Positions 9,523 through 19,768 of a DNA stretch of 52,361 bases are shown piece after piece. Where the stretch lies: positions 1 to 52,361 of the forward strand of contig CAZPCV010000002.1 of NCBI GenBank assembly GCA_964585245.1, written 5' to 3'. A program made the translations under genes and the position numbers. Numbering within the stretch: position 1 is the first letter of the stretch; each line of letters opens with the position of its first letter. Below the pieces are notes generated by a model. The model saw nothing but the letters and a program-made list of their open reading frames with translations. It made no database searches and was not told where the DNA came from. The stretch comes from an uncultured Gammaproteobacteria bacterium. GTDB taxonomy: Bacteria; Patescibacteriota; Patescibacteriia; Magasanikbacterales; GWA2-37-8.

Positions 9523-10491
9523 CTACCTGTAACGCTTGAAATAATCTTGATACCATACATAAGTGTCTAAAACAGCTGCCTCAAACGTATAGTTAGATTC
9601 CCATCCTAAAATTTCTTTGGCTTTTTTAGCATCTAGCGTTTGTTCTACGATCTCATTTTGCTGACTATTTACAATCTCATACTCAATACTTTTTCCAACA
9701 ATCTCGCTCACTTTTTTTATTAATTGCAATACGGAAAAATCCGAGTTGGTGCTAAAATTAAAAGCCTCGCCTTTTATTTTATTAATATTTTCCGCTAAAG
9801 CAACGTACCCTTCAACCACATCTTTAACATAGACGTAATCTCTAATGAAAGTTCCGTCACTACGCAATTTTATAACCTCATTATTTATTACGGCTTTCAT
9901 TATTCCTGGAACTATTCGATTAAAATTAAGGTCCCCCGGACCAAAGATGTTCCCAAAACGACTAATGGCGACCGGGATATCATATGTTTTGGCGTAAGTG
10001 TGGGCGATGAGATCCGTGCATGATTTTGACACATCGTAAGGATGATCGCCGCGTAATGGTTTATCTTCTAAAACACCGACACAGTCTTTACCGTACACTT
10101 TATCACTCGAAGCTACTATTACTCCTTCTATTGAAGATGCCAAACGAGCCGCCTCAAGTATGTGCACCGTGCCCATTATGTTGGTAGAAAAAGTTTCGTA
10201 AGGATTAATCAAGGCAGTTGCGACAATGGGTTGGGCTGCAATATGAAAAATATAATTAATTTCATACTTAGTTACAACCTCAGCCATTCTCAGTCGATCT
10301 TTTAAATCACCGTTAACCACTATCACTTTATTATTTAATCCGTTAGTAAAAAAATATGCCGCCGGATCTATGCTCCTGGATAAGGCAACAACTCGGAATG
10401 GTTTTAAAGACAAAATTTTTTCAACCAAATGCGAACCAACCAATCCGGTGGCCCCAGTCACCAATATATTTTTATTTTTTAATATACTCAT
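9523..10491 (-). CDS. rfbG: CDP-glucose 4,6-dehydratase-like SDR
   Basis: VTGATGLVGSHL, FHIAAQPIVATALINPYETFSTNIMGTVHILE, SDKVYG and HPYDVSKSCTDL parallel my recollection of RfbG. I chose the start at the internal ATG (MSILKNK). This places it 1 nt after the rfbF stop (TAA-T-ATG) rather than 41 nt inside rfbF. Confidence 0.7.
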   Translation of the reverse strand: MSILKNKNILVTGATGLVGSHLVEKILSLKPFRVVALSRSIDPAAYFFTNGLNNKVIVVNGDLKDRLRMAEVVTKYEINYIFHIAAQPIVATALINPYETFSTNIMGTVHILEAARLASSIEGVIVASSDKVYGKDCVGVLEDKPLRGDHPYDVSKSCTDLIAHTYAKTYDIPVAISRFGNIFGPGDLNFNRIVPGIMKAVINNEVIKLRSDGTFIRDYVYVKDVVEGYVALAENINKIKGEAFNFSTNSDFSVLQLIKKVSEIVGKSIEYEIVNSQQNEIVEQTLDAKKAKEILGWESNYTFEAAVLDTYVWYQDYFKRYR

Positions 10492-10492
10492 A

Positions 10493-11278
10493 TTACCAAA
10501 TTTTCCAAAACGGATCATTGATCCAATGCGCATTTAAATCTTCAACTTCTTTATAAGTATCCATGCATTTCCATTTTCCAGAATGTTTATAAACCGAAAG
10601 CTCCCCTTTAATCACGAGCTGCCCAAACACGCCTTCGATCATACCGTCTTCTTTAATCATATCAATAACCTGATTTTTGAAAACCATAAATCCGCCATTT
10701 ATGAAGTCGGAAGCCAATTTATTCTCGTCTTTATCGGTCACCTTATGCTGATAAAAACCAGCCACTTTTTGATTATTCTGGTCAATATCCAAGAGCCCAA
10801 ATCGATGCACCGGCTTAACCCCGGTTATGGTAGCTAAGGTATTTTGCTTATTATGAAAAGCAACCAGATCTCTGATATTTATATCAGCAACTCCATCCCC
10901 ATAAGTAAGCATAAAATCATCATTTCCAAGATACTTTTTTAAACGGCGAACGCGTTCGCCAGTGAGGCTGTCGGCTCCAGTTTCGGCAAAAGTAATTTTA
11001 AAATCATCGCAACTGTTATTATGAAAAATAATATCATTGTTGCTTGTGTCTAAGGTAAAATCATTAAGGAAGCTGCGCCAATTCAAAAAATACTCTTTTA
11101 TCATGTTTCCTTTGTACCCCAAGGCCAAAATGAATTCATTAAAACCATGGTGGGCATAAATTTTCATAATATGCCACAAAATTGGTTTGCCACCTACCTC
11201 TACCAATGGTTTTGGCTTAAATTCAGTCTCTTCTTTCAACCTAGTACCTGTTCCACCACAAAGAATAACCGTTTTCAT
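10493..11278 (-). CDS. rfbF: Glucose-1-phosphate cytidylyltransferase
   Basis: 261-aa ORF. MKTVILCGGTGTRLKEETEFKPKPLVEVGGKPILWHIMKIY, YGDGVADI and INGGFMVF closely parallel my recollection of RfbF. Confidence 0.88.
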   Translation of the reverse strand: MKTVILCGGTGTRLKEETEFKPKPLVEVGGKPILWHIMKIYAHHGFNEFILALGYKGNMIKEYFLNWRSFLNDFTLDTSNNDIIFHNNSCDDFKITFAETGADSLTGERVRRLKKYLGNDDFMLTYGDGVADINIRDLVAFHNKQNTLATITGVKPVHRFGLLDIDQNNQKVAGFYQHKVTDKDENKLASDFINGGFMVFKNQVIDMIKEDGMIEGVFGQLVIKGELSVYKHSGKWKCMDTYKEVEDLNAHWINDPFWKIW

Positions 11279-11279
11279 A

Positions 11280-13091
11280 CTATCTACCTAACTTAAATAT
11301 ACTAAAATATGTGTCGTCGTAGACTTTGGTAACATTTTCTATATTTCTCATATCATAGCCAAAATTACGTTGCGCGCCAATTTTTTTGTTTTCTACAATA
11401 TAGGTTACGTGAAACTTTTTCAATTCCTCATTTATCGTGATTTTGTATACATTATAACGCTCAAATAAGTCGTCAAAATATTTTGAACCACGAAATGACA
11501 CCGCATCTGACGCTTCGGTCCCACAATTAATACCTAATAAATTAAGTTTCAAAAGCTTACACAGCTTAACTTGGCGATTATAGGTTTTATATTGATGGAC
11601 AGCATTCCCGACTCCTCCATAAATCTGAAAATCCTGTTTAATCCCATGTTTGTCTGTATTATCAAAGTACCTGGAAACCAAATATCTTTCTTCAATTTCA
11701 TTATTGGACACAATATGAAGTATGCCTCCATTACCAAATAAAACATAGTGCTTTGTATATTCCGAAATAAAATTCAATATCGGATCATTAACATTCACCA
11801 TGATAACACTCGGTTGTGACACATTCTCATTCAACCAATTGATAGGCGCGTTATAATTAAAAGTTTCTTTTATATATTCTATATTGTCGCCTTGCTGCTG
11901 AAAATATGACCAGTAAACTCTAGAGTAATGCCACAAACTAAAACAAGACACAAAAAATAATATTATAATTGCGATCCGTTTTTTAGTTTTAAATACATTA
12001 TTTAATTTGACAAGGTCATAAGTAAAATAAAAATACGTCGCTATAGCCAGCGGTGTCCAAATCGCCATAAATCTTTCGATATGACCGGATAGCTCCAGTT
12101 CTTTCCCGGTAACAACATTACTAACAATAACAAATGACATGGCCAACCCGCTGATAATAAAAAAAATCGTTGCTGAAGAAAAATTTTTATTCTCTTTTAA
12201 TTCTTGAATTTTACGCCGACTCAAATAATAAAGGACAACAATCATCATCGTCCAACCACCAGAAGCCAAGGCCTGAAAAGTCGGCAAATGAGTCGAAACC
12301 AAACCTATTCTACCCATCGTTTCCCAATAAAATTGATGTTTAAGTTGATTAATTGTATAAAAAATTATCGGCGACGAAATAACCAGAGCCAAAATTGACG
12401 ACCCTGCCAGGTAACCAGCCGTACGAAAATTTTTCTGCAACAAAAAATAAATAGTAGCAAAAAAAATAAAAACAGCCACCACTTGCATTAAATATGTATA
12501 TACGTAGACCCCGCCTGAAATGGCTAGTGTCAAAAAAACAATCCTTTTTTTGTCTTCTGGCTTTTTAGACCAAAAAACATACGCCAGTAATAACACCATG
12601 AAGAATGGAAAAATTGTCTGCATTGAGACAGCTGGAAGTATTAAAAAAACACCCTGAGTGTATGTCAATAAAGCACCTAATAGTGCCCCCTTTTTAGAAA
12701 TACCCAAATTTAAAAGAATTGTGTAGGCTAAAAGAGTAAAAATTATTGACCAAAGAAGAGCGTTAAAAACCATGGTGACATCAAACGAAAGCCCCGCTAA
12801 ATAGGGGGCGGCAGCAATCCAATCGGCAACAAAGAAGGCTGGGGCCGGCTCGTTGTTGTGTTCTATAAAATATGGATTACCGATAAAATAATGGCCATCT
12901 TTTATCTCTCTAATTCGAGCAGAATAATAAGTGGAGCCATAGACAAAGTTCGCTGCTGCTCTGGTTATTCTGGGCAGATTAAAGCCGGTGGCCGGAATAA
13001 TTTTTAATATTGGCATCAAGGCTAAAAAAACAGTAACAAAAATAATAATAAATAAATAAAATCGGTGTTCTTTTAATTTACTAAGTAGCAT
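11280..13091 (-). CDS. Large polytopic membrane protein, paralogue of 2854-4617; probable GT-C-type glycosyltransferase
   Basis: 603-aa ORF with a multi-helix N-terminal two-thirds and a soluble C-terminal domain. It shares the YYSARIREIKDGHYFIGNPYF loop motif with the 587-aa protein. Confidence 0.5.
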   Translation of the reverse strand: MLLSKLKEHRFYLFIIIFVTVFLALMPILKIIPATGFNLPRITRAAANFVYGSTYYSARIREIKDGHYFIGNPYFIEHNNEPAPAFFVADWIAAAPYLAGLSFDVTMVFNALLWSIIFTLLAYTILLNLGISKKGALLGALLTYTQGVFLILPAVSMQTIFPFFMVLLLAYVFWSKKPEDKKRIVFLTLAISGGVYVYTYLMQVVAVFIFFATIYFLLQKNFRTAGYLAGSSILALVISSPIIFYTINQLKHQFYWETMGRIGLVSTHLPTFQALASGGWTMMIVVLYYLSRRKIQELKENKNFSSATIFFIISGLAMSFVIVSNVVTGKELELSGHIERFMAIWTPLAIATYFYFTYDLVKLNNVFKTKKRIAIIILFFVSCFSLWHYSRVYWSYFQQQGDNIEYIKETFNYNAPINWLNENVSQPSVIMVNVNDPILNFISEYTKHYVLFGNGGILHIVSNNEIEERYLVSRYFDNTDKHGIKQDFQIYGGVGNAVHQYKTYNRQVKLCKLLKLNLLGINCGTEASDAVSFRGSKYFDDLFERYNVYKITINEELKKFHVTYIVENKKIGAQRNFGYDMRNIENVTKVYDDTYFSIFKLGR

Positions 13092-13092
13092 A

Positions 13093-13962
13093 CTATTTTT
13101 TTGCTATTATAAAAAAATTATCTCGCAAATTAATCGGCACAGCCAAGTTGCCAATTGACGTACCCCTTAACCTATCGGCAAGATTTTGTATAAAGCGCAA
13201 TTTGCTGATGCGCGCCAAGGTGAGAAATGCATATATCAGTGTGAATTTTTTCCCCAACTTTCCTACCTCCAAAACTTTAAAACCGGCACCTGATAAATTT
13301 TTTGCTAAATTAGTTGGATTAAAATAGTATAAGTGTTCCGGAGGCACAAATAAATGCCAACGCTTACCCATTATTTTTGCAAATATACTGCTGGCGTCGG
13401 GTGTGTTGATAATCAAAATTCCATTCGGAGCGAGCAACTCATAGGCTTTTTTTATTTGTTCATATGGATCACTAACATGCTCAATCACATCCCACATAGT
13501 AATAACATTGAATAGTTTAGGGAACCTAACCGAATCCAAAGTTCCAGTTAAAACCGCCAGACCCTTAGCACGAGCTTTTTCGGCAGCAAAATCAGAAATT
13601 TCCACGCCAGTAACATCCCACTTATTTCTAAGAGCAAGGCCTAAAAAAAATCCTGTGGCCGCACCTACATCCAAAAGCGACCCCACCCCACCGGAATACT
13701 TTTCAATAATTTTCAAATATTTTAAAAAAGTATCTGTCATCGCTGATTTGTCGGTGTCATAATCTGCATAACCAAATCCATGAGTGGCGCCGGAAAAATA
13801 ATCTTGCTCGTATATAACACTCAAGTTTTGCGGAATTGGCCATACAAAAATTAAGCCGCACGCCTCACACTGAAATAGATCATGACAATTTTTACTGATA
13901 AAAAAAACCGACTTGCCTCCGCACAATTTGCAATCCACTATTTTTTTAACAATAGTTTCCAT
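13093..13962 (-). CDS. Class I SAM-dependent methyltransferase with N-terminal Cys4 zinc-ribbon
   Basis: 289-aa ORF. CKLCGG...CEACG forms the zinc ribbon. Motif I is LLDVGAATGFF, followed by VTGVEIS and LAPNG. Confidence 0.75.
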   Translation of the reverse strand: METIVKKIVDCKLCGGKSVFFISKNCHDLFQCEACGLIFVWPIPQNLSVIYEQDYFSGATHGFGYADYDTDKSAMTDTFLKYLKIIEKYSGGVGSLLDVGAATGFFLGLALRNKWDVTGVEISDFAAEKARAKGLAVLTGTLDSVRFPKLFNVITMWDVIEHVSDPYEQIKKAYELLAPNGILIINTPDASSIFAKIMGKRWHLFVPPEHLYYFNPTNLAKNLSGAGFKVLEVGKLGKKFTLIYAFLTLARISKLRFIQNLADRLRGTSIGNLAVPINLRDNFFIIAKK

Positions 13963-14648
13963 GGTATAAAAATGCCTTCTTTAATAATATGATTAGAAAT
14001 CTTTGATTCGCCGTTTATTCTATTTCTAAAAAGAATAGGAAGTTCAATAAAAGAGGCGCCAATCTTCCATAAACGGAACTTTAACTCAATCTGAAAAGCG
14101 TAACCGGAAGCATCCAAAGGATGCTGAATAATTTTTTTTAAAATCGAAGCCCTAATTAGATTAAATCCACCTGTACAATCTACTACTGGCAGCCGTGTCA
14201 CCAATCTTGAATAAAAATTTCCACCCAGACTTAAAAATTTTCGCCACCGTTCCCAACCAAAAACCGACCCTCCTGGTACATACCGAGACCCGACAACCAC
14301 ATCGGCCTCCTTTCCAGCTCGAATCAGCTCTGGCAAGTATAGCGGATCATGAGAAAAATCAGCGTCCATCATTATAACTTTTTCAACAGTTTGATCCCTT
14401 AAAACCACTTCAAAACCATGGCTGTACGCTCGCCCCAACCCCTCTTTCTTCTGACGAACCAAGAGAGAAAGGCCAGAAAAAATTTTTCTAAGATCGGATA
14501 CAAATTCTGCCGTTCCATCCGGAGAACTATCATCTACCACAATAATTTTTACATCTGGTAGCAAATAAAAAATTTTCTTTATCAAAAGAACTATGTTGTC
14601 TTTTTCGTTATATGTAGGAATCACGATGGCAACCTTCTCTCCAGTCAT
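13938..14648 (-). CDS. GT2 polyprenyl/dolichyl-phosphate hexose synthase (Dpm1/Ppm1-like)
   Basis: 236-aa ORF with IVIPTYNEKDNI, VVDDSSPDGT and DADFSHDP. Soluble Dpm1-like length. Confidence 0.8.
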   Translation of the reverse strand: MTGEKVAIVIPTYNEKDNIVLLIKKIFYLLPDVKIIVVDDSSPDGTAEFVSDLRKIFSGLSLLVRQKKEGLGRAYSHGFEVVLRDQTVEKVIMMDADFSHDPLYLPELIRAGKEADVVVGSRYVPGGSVFGWERWRKFLSLGGNFYSRLVTRLPVVDCTGGFNLIRASILKKIIQHPLDASGYAFQIELKFRLWKIGASFIELPILFRNRINGESKISNHIIKEGIFIPWKLLLKK

Positions 14649-15775
14649 ATTTTTTGCATAAAATCGATAATTTCAGAGGCGCGTTCAGACCAATTTTTTA
14701 CACACACAAACTTTTTTTCTTCGGCAACAATAACACGATTTTTCATATTTTGCAACATGCTAACTATCGTTTCGGCCAGCAGGTTCGGATTGTCTGGTTC
14801 AATCAATGTTGCCTGATTCTTGTTTAAAATTTCTCGAGTCGATGCTAAATCACTAGCGATAATTGGCTTATCAGCGGCCAAATACTCATATAACTTTAAG
14901 GGTGAAGTATATTTGAATCCAATTTTATATTTACCGCTTGTCGGAAGCACAAGTACGTCGGCCGCTCGAAGCCAATATGGCATCTCGCCGTGCGGCCTCC
15001 AACCTACAATGAATAAACTTGAAAATTTATACTTATCTTTAAAAACAGCAATATCCCTATCAGTGCCACCAACTAAATACACTTGAATACCTGGCGATAA
15101 AAACCCGGCAGCCTCGGCCAGAACGTTGGCGCCTTTCCAGGCGTATAGGTGTCCTGTATACAAAATAATCTTTTTATCTTTAGGCAAAGATAATTTACTA
15201 CGACATTCGAACATTGATTCTTTTATTCTAAATTTTTCTACCTCTACTGCATCGCTCGAAACTAAAATTTTATTTTCCGGAATTTTTAAACTAATTAAAT
15301 CTTTTTTTATTCCATTACTAATCACTATTAACCCGCGGCATCTGTTCCAAGTTTTAAAATGCATGCGACTCGGTTTATTTGGCAAAGAATGAATTTCATA
15401 AAAAATAGAACTATTTATTCGACTAAACCAGTTGGCAACTAACAAATCTCTGGTAAAAAAGATGACATCCTCGTCAAATTTTTTCAAAAATGTCCGAACC
15501 GAAATAATAAAAGCGAAGCTCTCTAGCCAAAAGCCAAGTCTACCAAAAAAATTCTTTGAAATTAAATCCCAGCACCATAATCTAAAAATTTTAAAATTTT
15601 TCTTAACACCATAAAATTCGTATGGGTCAGATACGAGCTTATTTAAACGATTTGGCACAAACAATTCAACTTCTACTCCTTTTTCAGCTAAAGCTTCACA
15701 AGTCTTCATGATTTGTAAACCGTGAGCTTTTTCGGTTGGCAGACGAATGTTGGCAATATAAATAACTTTCTTCAT
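14645..15775 (-). CDS. GT4 (GT-B fold) glycosyltransferase
   Basis: Has the C-terminal E-x7-E-type region LKLYEYLAADKPIIASD. The start is moved to the internal MKKVIYIANI, a typical GT4 N-terminus. The ORF-track start is 15805. Confidence 0.75.
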   Translation of the reverse strand: MKKVIYIANIRLPTEKAHGLQIMKTCEALAEKGVEVELFVPNRLNKLVSDPYEFYGVKKNFKIFRLWCWDLISKNFFGRLGFWLESFAFIISVRTFLKKFDEDVIFFTRDLLVANWFSRINSSIFYEIHSLPNKPSRMHFKTWNRCRGLIVISNGIKKDLISLKIPENKILVSSDAVEVEKFRIKESMFECRSKLSLPKDKKIILYTGHLYAWKGANVLAEAAGFLSPGIQVYLVGGTDRDIAVFKDKYKFSSLFIVGWRPHGEMPYWLRAADVLVLPTSGKYKIGFKYTSPLKLYEYLAADKPIIASDLASTREILNKNQATLIEPDNPNLLAETIVSMLQNMKNRVIVAEEKKFVCVKNWSERASEIIDFMQKI

Positions 15776-15815
15776 AACACAATAAACATGACAGATTCTT
15801 AACACAATTTCCGCT

Positions 15816-16481
15816 TCATTTTTTTACATTAAATAAATACCCTAATACAAATCTATCCTGGTTCATTTTTGGCCGCAGCTTCAAAACCAACTCATCAACT
15901 AACAATACCAACGGCACGGCGATCATCTTTACTATGCGGGGCACCACCTGCTCCACATGGGACCAGGCTGCGGTAAACGGCCCGCGGCCAAAAGGAATAA
16001 TTTCTACCTGTGAAAAACCAAGCTCATCTTTAAATATTTTGTTAAGCGTTTCTTTGGTATAGCGCCAATAATCATGCGGATCAGGATGATAATTTACTAA
16101 AAACGGTACTGCGCCAATAAGGCTACCATCAATTTTTAAAATTCGTTTTGTTTCCACCAGCACCTGCCGATAGTTATAGAGATGTTCTAACAGATTAAAC
16201 ATCAGCACTGTATCTATCGTTTCATTTTCATACGGCAGTCGACTAGTTTCTAAATCAATCCGCTGGCCAGCCTGTGATGTCTCGGCAAAACCTAAATCAA
16301 GGCAATTGACAACTACTTCGGCGCTACGCTGTAAAAAACGGTGGTAACTCGCGAGTTGGGTGGAACTCCCGACATCTACAACCTGGCCACGCAAGACAAA
16401 CCGGCGGCATGTTTCGTTCATTAATATACGATAGATGTCTTTTCCTTTCCACACTTCGCGCCAATAAGAAAACGTTACCAT
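15816..16481 (-). CDS. Class I SAM-dependent methyltransferase
   Basis: 221-aa ORF. Motif I-like VVDVGSS, then LMFNLLEHL and LKIDGSL (Methyltransf_11-like pattern). Confidence 0.65.
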   Translation of the reverse strand: MVTFSYWREVWKGKDIYRILMNETCRRFVLRGQVVDVGSSTQLASYHRFLQRSAEVVVNCLDLGFAETSQAGQRIDLETSRLPYENETIDTVLMFNLLEHLYNYRQVLVETKRILKIDGSLIGAVPFLVNYHPDPHDYWRYTKETLNKIFKDELGFSQVEIIPFGRGPFTAAWSHVEQVVPRIVKMIAVPLVLLVDELVLKLRPKMNQDRFVLGYLFNVKK

Positions 16482-16506
16482 ACTATAATTTTCTACAAAA
16501 ACTAAA

Positions 16507-18390
16507 CTATTTTTTAATAAAAGTGTTGTACCACAATTGCCACATCACGATCGCCCATAAACTGGAGAGATGATAGGCCTTCCCATCTAAATGATCGTTC
16601 AGCAAGCATTGCACTCCCGCAGGATCAAAAAATTCTGCCGGCAATTGAGACGGTGCTAAAATATCCTGCACCGTACTTTTCAAACCGCCCCTCATCCATT
16701 TCGACATAGGCGTAAACCAGCCGCGCTTTTTCTCGACCACAATATGCGCGGGCAAATATGCACTCACAGCCTCTTTCCACAGGCTTTTACCTTTGAAACT
16801 ACGGCCGCTGCCACCCAGGAGCGAAAACTTCCACGCCGTAGGCAAGCGGGCGCTAAGAGCTACCAAACGATAATCCAGCACCGGTACGCGCGGCTCGAGG
16901 CCTACACCCAAGCACATTTTATTAGTACGCAAAAGCGATTCATCTACCAGCCAACTCTGGCGATCAGTGTTCATGAAATATTTTTCAAAATCTGTTTTAA
17001 AATCAGATCGTCTAGCTAATTCCCCATCTACAAAAAAGCGCTGATTCAAATAAGCAGTCGCCGCCGATGGAGCATAAACAGCCGGTGAAAGAAACTGTTG
17101 TAAGAGTGCCTCTTTCTGCGCCAAGAACAACACCACCCGCTCAGCCCCTGGAGGAGTTTGCAGAGCGTGTAACATCTTTGTCTGATTTCCCAGAGACAAC
17201 ACACCAGTACCGATCTGCTGTACCAACCGCGGCAAACGTTGATAGGTAGTAATGAGACGGCTATAAAAATAGCGCGGATACCCGCCAAATAATTCATCCC
17301 CGCCATCACCGCCCAAGACAACGGCTACCTGCTTTTTGGCTTCCTCAGCCAACAAGAGCATCGCCCCGGCCGTGGGGTTCGCATTGGGTTCGTCGAGATG
17401 CCAGGCGATCCGCTCTAAATTATTTTTAATATCTTCCGCCCCTATCATGAGTTCAGTATGTTTCGTTCCATACCAAGCGGCCGTCTGTTTGGCCAAAGAA
17501 GAATCGGCATTAAATTTAGCCGAATCAAGACTGTCTTTAAACCCGACTGAAAAAGTATTGACCTGACCCTTGGTTGTATTCTCCGCTACCACCCCTAATA
17601 CCGCTGACGAATCAATGCCGCCACTCAAAAAAACCCCCACCGGCCGATCCGATACTAGCTGTTCCTTTACAATCTGGGGAAATAACCTCTTAATCGCTTC
17701 TACTCCTTCGGCCAGTGACGCCAGGTTCGAAAAGTCAGTTACCTGCCAGTACTTAGTAAGCACCGGCGAACTACCGGCATGCCAGCGCAAAAAGCTGGCG
17801 GGTGGAATTTTTTTAATATTCTCAAACATCGTCAGCGGCTCCGGCACATAGAGCAATTGAAAATACAAATTAAAAGCCTGTCTATCTACAGCTCGTGGAA
17901 TCCCGTGCGCCAAAATAGCTTTGATTTCTGAAGAAAAAATTAAATTGTTCCCATCGTAATAATAGTACAACGGATTGACCCCCATTTTATCGCGCGCGAG
18001 GAAAAGTTCACCAGTACGCTCATCCCAAATCGCCAGAGCAAAAATACCATTCAATTTATCTAAACAATTAATTCCATACTCTTTGTAGGCGTACAAAATA
18101 ACTTCCGTGTCACTATCAGAACGAAAATGGTATTTCTTTTCGAGCTCACGGCGCAACGCCAGAAAATTATAAATTTCCCCATTAAAAATAATCACGCACT
18201 CCCGCTTCTCATCCCACATCGGCTGATTAGCCCGCTCTGACAAATCAATAATCGACAAACGATTGTGGCCTAGTGTTACGCGCGGCAACATTACAGCACT
18301 CGTTTGATCAGGCCCACGGTGCTTGGTCAGCTCATTCATTTTGGCGATTAACCCAGCCTCAGCAAAAGTAAATCCATTAATACCACACAT
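16507..18390 (-). CDS. Asparagine synthase (glutamine-hydrolysing) family amidotransferase
   Basis: Start is set at MCGINGF so that the Ntn-amidotransferase catalytic Cys is residue 2. The ORF-track start at 18432 adds 14 aa. Has the PP-loop SGGIDSS and a typical length of about 627 aa. Confidence 0.85.
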   Translation of the reverse strand: MCGINGFTFAEAGLIAKMNELTKHRGPDQTSAVMLPRVTLGHNRLSIIDLSERANQPMWDEKRECVIIFNGEIYNFLALRRELEKKYHFRSDSDTEVILYAYKEYGINCLDKLNGIFALAIWDERTGELFLARDKMGVNPLYYYYDGNNLIFSSEIKAILAHGIPRAVDRQAFNLYFQLLYVPEPLTMFENIKKIPPASFLRWHAGSSPVLTKYWQVTDFSNLASLAEGVEAIKRLFPQIVKEQLVSDRPVGVFLSGGIDSSAVLGVVAENTTKGQVNTFSVGFKDSLDSAKFNADSSLAKQTAAWYGTKHTELMIGAEDIKNNLERIAWHLDEPNANPTAGAMLLLAEEAKKQVAVVLGGDGGDELFGGYPRYFYSRLITTYQRLPRLVQQIGTGVLSLGNQTKMLHALQTPPGAERVVLFLAQKEALLQQFLSPAVYAPSAATAYLNQRFFVDGELARRSDFKTDFEKYFMNTDRQSWLVDESLLRTNKMCLGVGLEPRVPVLDYRLVALSARLPTAWKFSLLGGSGRSFKGKSLWKEAVSAYLPAHIVVEKKRGWFTPMSKWMRGGLKSTVQDILAPSQLPAEFFDPAGVQCLLNDHLDGKAYHLSSLWAIVMWQLWYNTFIKK

Positions 18391-18409
18391 ATATACAACC
18401 TTAAGCGAT

Positions 18410-19759
18410 TCAAAATCGCTGTAAACGCTCAATAATAATCGGTAAAAAAATTATCCCGTCAAGTAGAGTTACGATCACAAAAAAGAAGCTCACTGGGAGA
18501 AGTATATTTTTAACACCTGCAAAACGTTTGGTGGAATAAACTGCCGCCAACCACCCAACCCCCAGCGCCAAAAACGGATAAATTTGAAAACGATACCGCG
18601 ACTGTACGACTGTGGGCAGCAATAATACTGGCGCACTAAGCGCCAACAACAGGAAATAATAAAATAAATTCTTTCGCTCTTTCGCCAACTGGAATAGACC
18701 AGTAAAACCACCTACAAAAACAACTGCGATCCACACCCCCGAAGATACTACAAATAAAGCCTGCTTTAAACCACTTTGATAAAACCAAAACCCCATTGGA
18801 CGAATCAAGCTAAAAAATCTAATAAATCTAAGCACGGTTAATTTGATAAATACCATCGGATGAAGAGTAACAAACTGCCAGAATTCTTTTTTGGCCATGT
18901 CCGAAAAACCAAGAAAACCATTGAGCTCGGCATAGCTGGTAGCCGGATTAAACCCGCCCGCGATCTGCCCACCAGTAGCCAACAATGTATTACCTACCCA
19001 CAAGTTATAATCCCCAATGAGAGTGGTAAGAATAAATTGATGGTATACCCCCAGATTGCTAAGACCCCACGGTAACAGTGCTAGCAATAAACTGCTGACA
19101 AACAAGAATCCGGCGCGGTAACGACGTGATACCAGGTAATACAGTACAAAAATAGCACTAAATAATACAACCGGTGGCCGTGTGAGGATTGTTACTCCCG
19201 TAATTAATCCCAAAAAAATGGGCCAGCTCAACTGCTTTTCGTTCTGAATATTGCGTATAAATACGTACCAAACCAACGTCACGAGAAACAAATACAGCGT
19301 TTCGGTAAGTAACATCGCATTGATCTCAATCAAATCGGGCCACAATCCAAAAAAGAGCGCAGCTAAAAGTCCGGCCCATTTACCTTCTGTTCCTACAAAA
19401 ATTCGCCTCGCAATTAGATACAAGAGCCCAGCCGTGACGGTATGCAAAAGCGCCTGTATCCCCCACACTGCCTCATACCTATACCCAAAAACAGCGTAGA
19501 CTCCCGCCAAAAAAAACTCATAGCCAGGACCCGCTCTCACAATCGCTGTGTCCGCACTAAAACTATTAGTGCATACCTCCTTAAAACCGCAGCCATTAAG
19601 TAAGTTACGAGCAATCGCATCATAGGCCTGCGCATCCACCGCAGGTACGATCCGATAGGCCAAGGAATACCCTAGGCTTAGACAAAAAATTATACCAAGC
19701 AGCCCCAGCACCATGCGTTGTGGAAACTTTTCGCCATACTCCTTCAAACCCCTCAACAT
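18410..19759 (-). CDS. GT-C fold membrane glycosyltransferase (ArnT/PMT, GT39/GT83-like)
   Basis: 449-aa polytopic protein. The first extracytoplasmic loop, with DAQAYDAIARNLLNG, is typical of ArnT/PMT_2-like proteins (from memory). Confidence 0.6.
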   Translation of the reverse strand: MLRGLKEYGEKFPQRMVLGLLGIIFCLSLGYSLAYRIVPAVDAQAYDAIARNLLNGCGFKEVCTNSFSADTAIVRAGPGYEFFLAGVYAVFGYRYEAVWGIQALLHTVTAGLLYLIARRIFVGTEGKWAGLLAALFFGLWPDLIEINAMLLTETLYLFLVTLVWYVFIRNIQNEKQLSWPIFLGLITGVTILTRPPVVLFSAIFVLYYLVSRRYRAGFLFVSSLLLALLPWGLSNLGVYHQFILTTLIGDYNLWVGNTLLATGGQIAGGFNPATSYAELNGFLGFSDMAKKEFWQFVTLHPMVFIKLTVLRFIRFFSLIRPMGFWFYQSGLKQALFVVSSGVWIAVVFVGGFTGLFQLAKERKNLFYYFLLLALSAPVLLLPTVVQSRYRFQIYPFLALGVGWLAAVYSTKRFAGVKNILLPVSFFFVIVTLLDGIIFLPIIIERLQRF

Positions 19760-19768
19760 AATTAAAGA

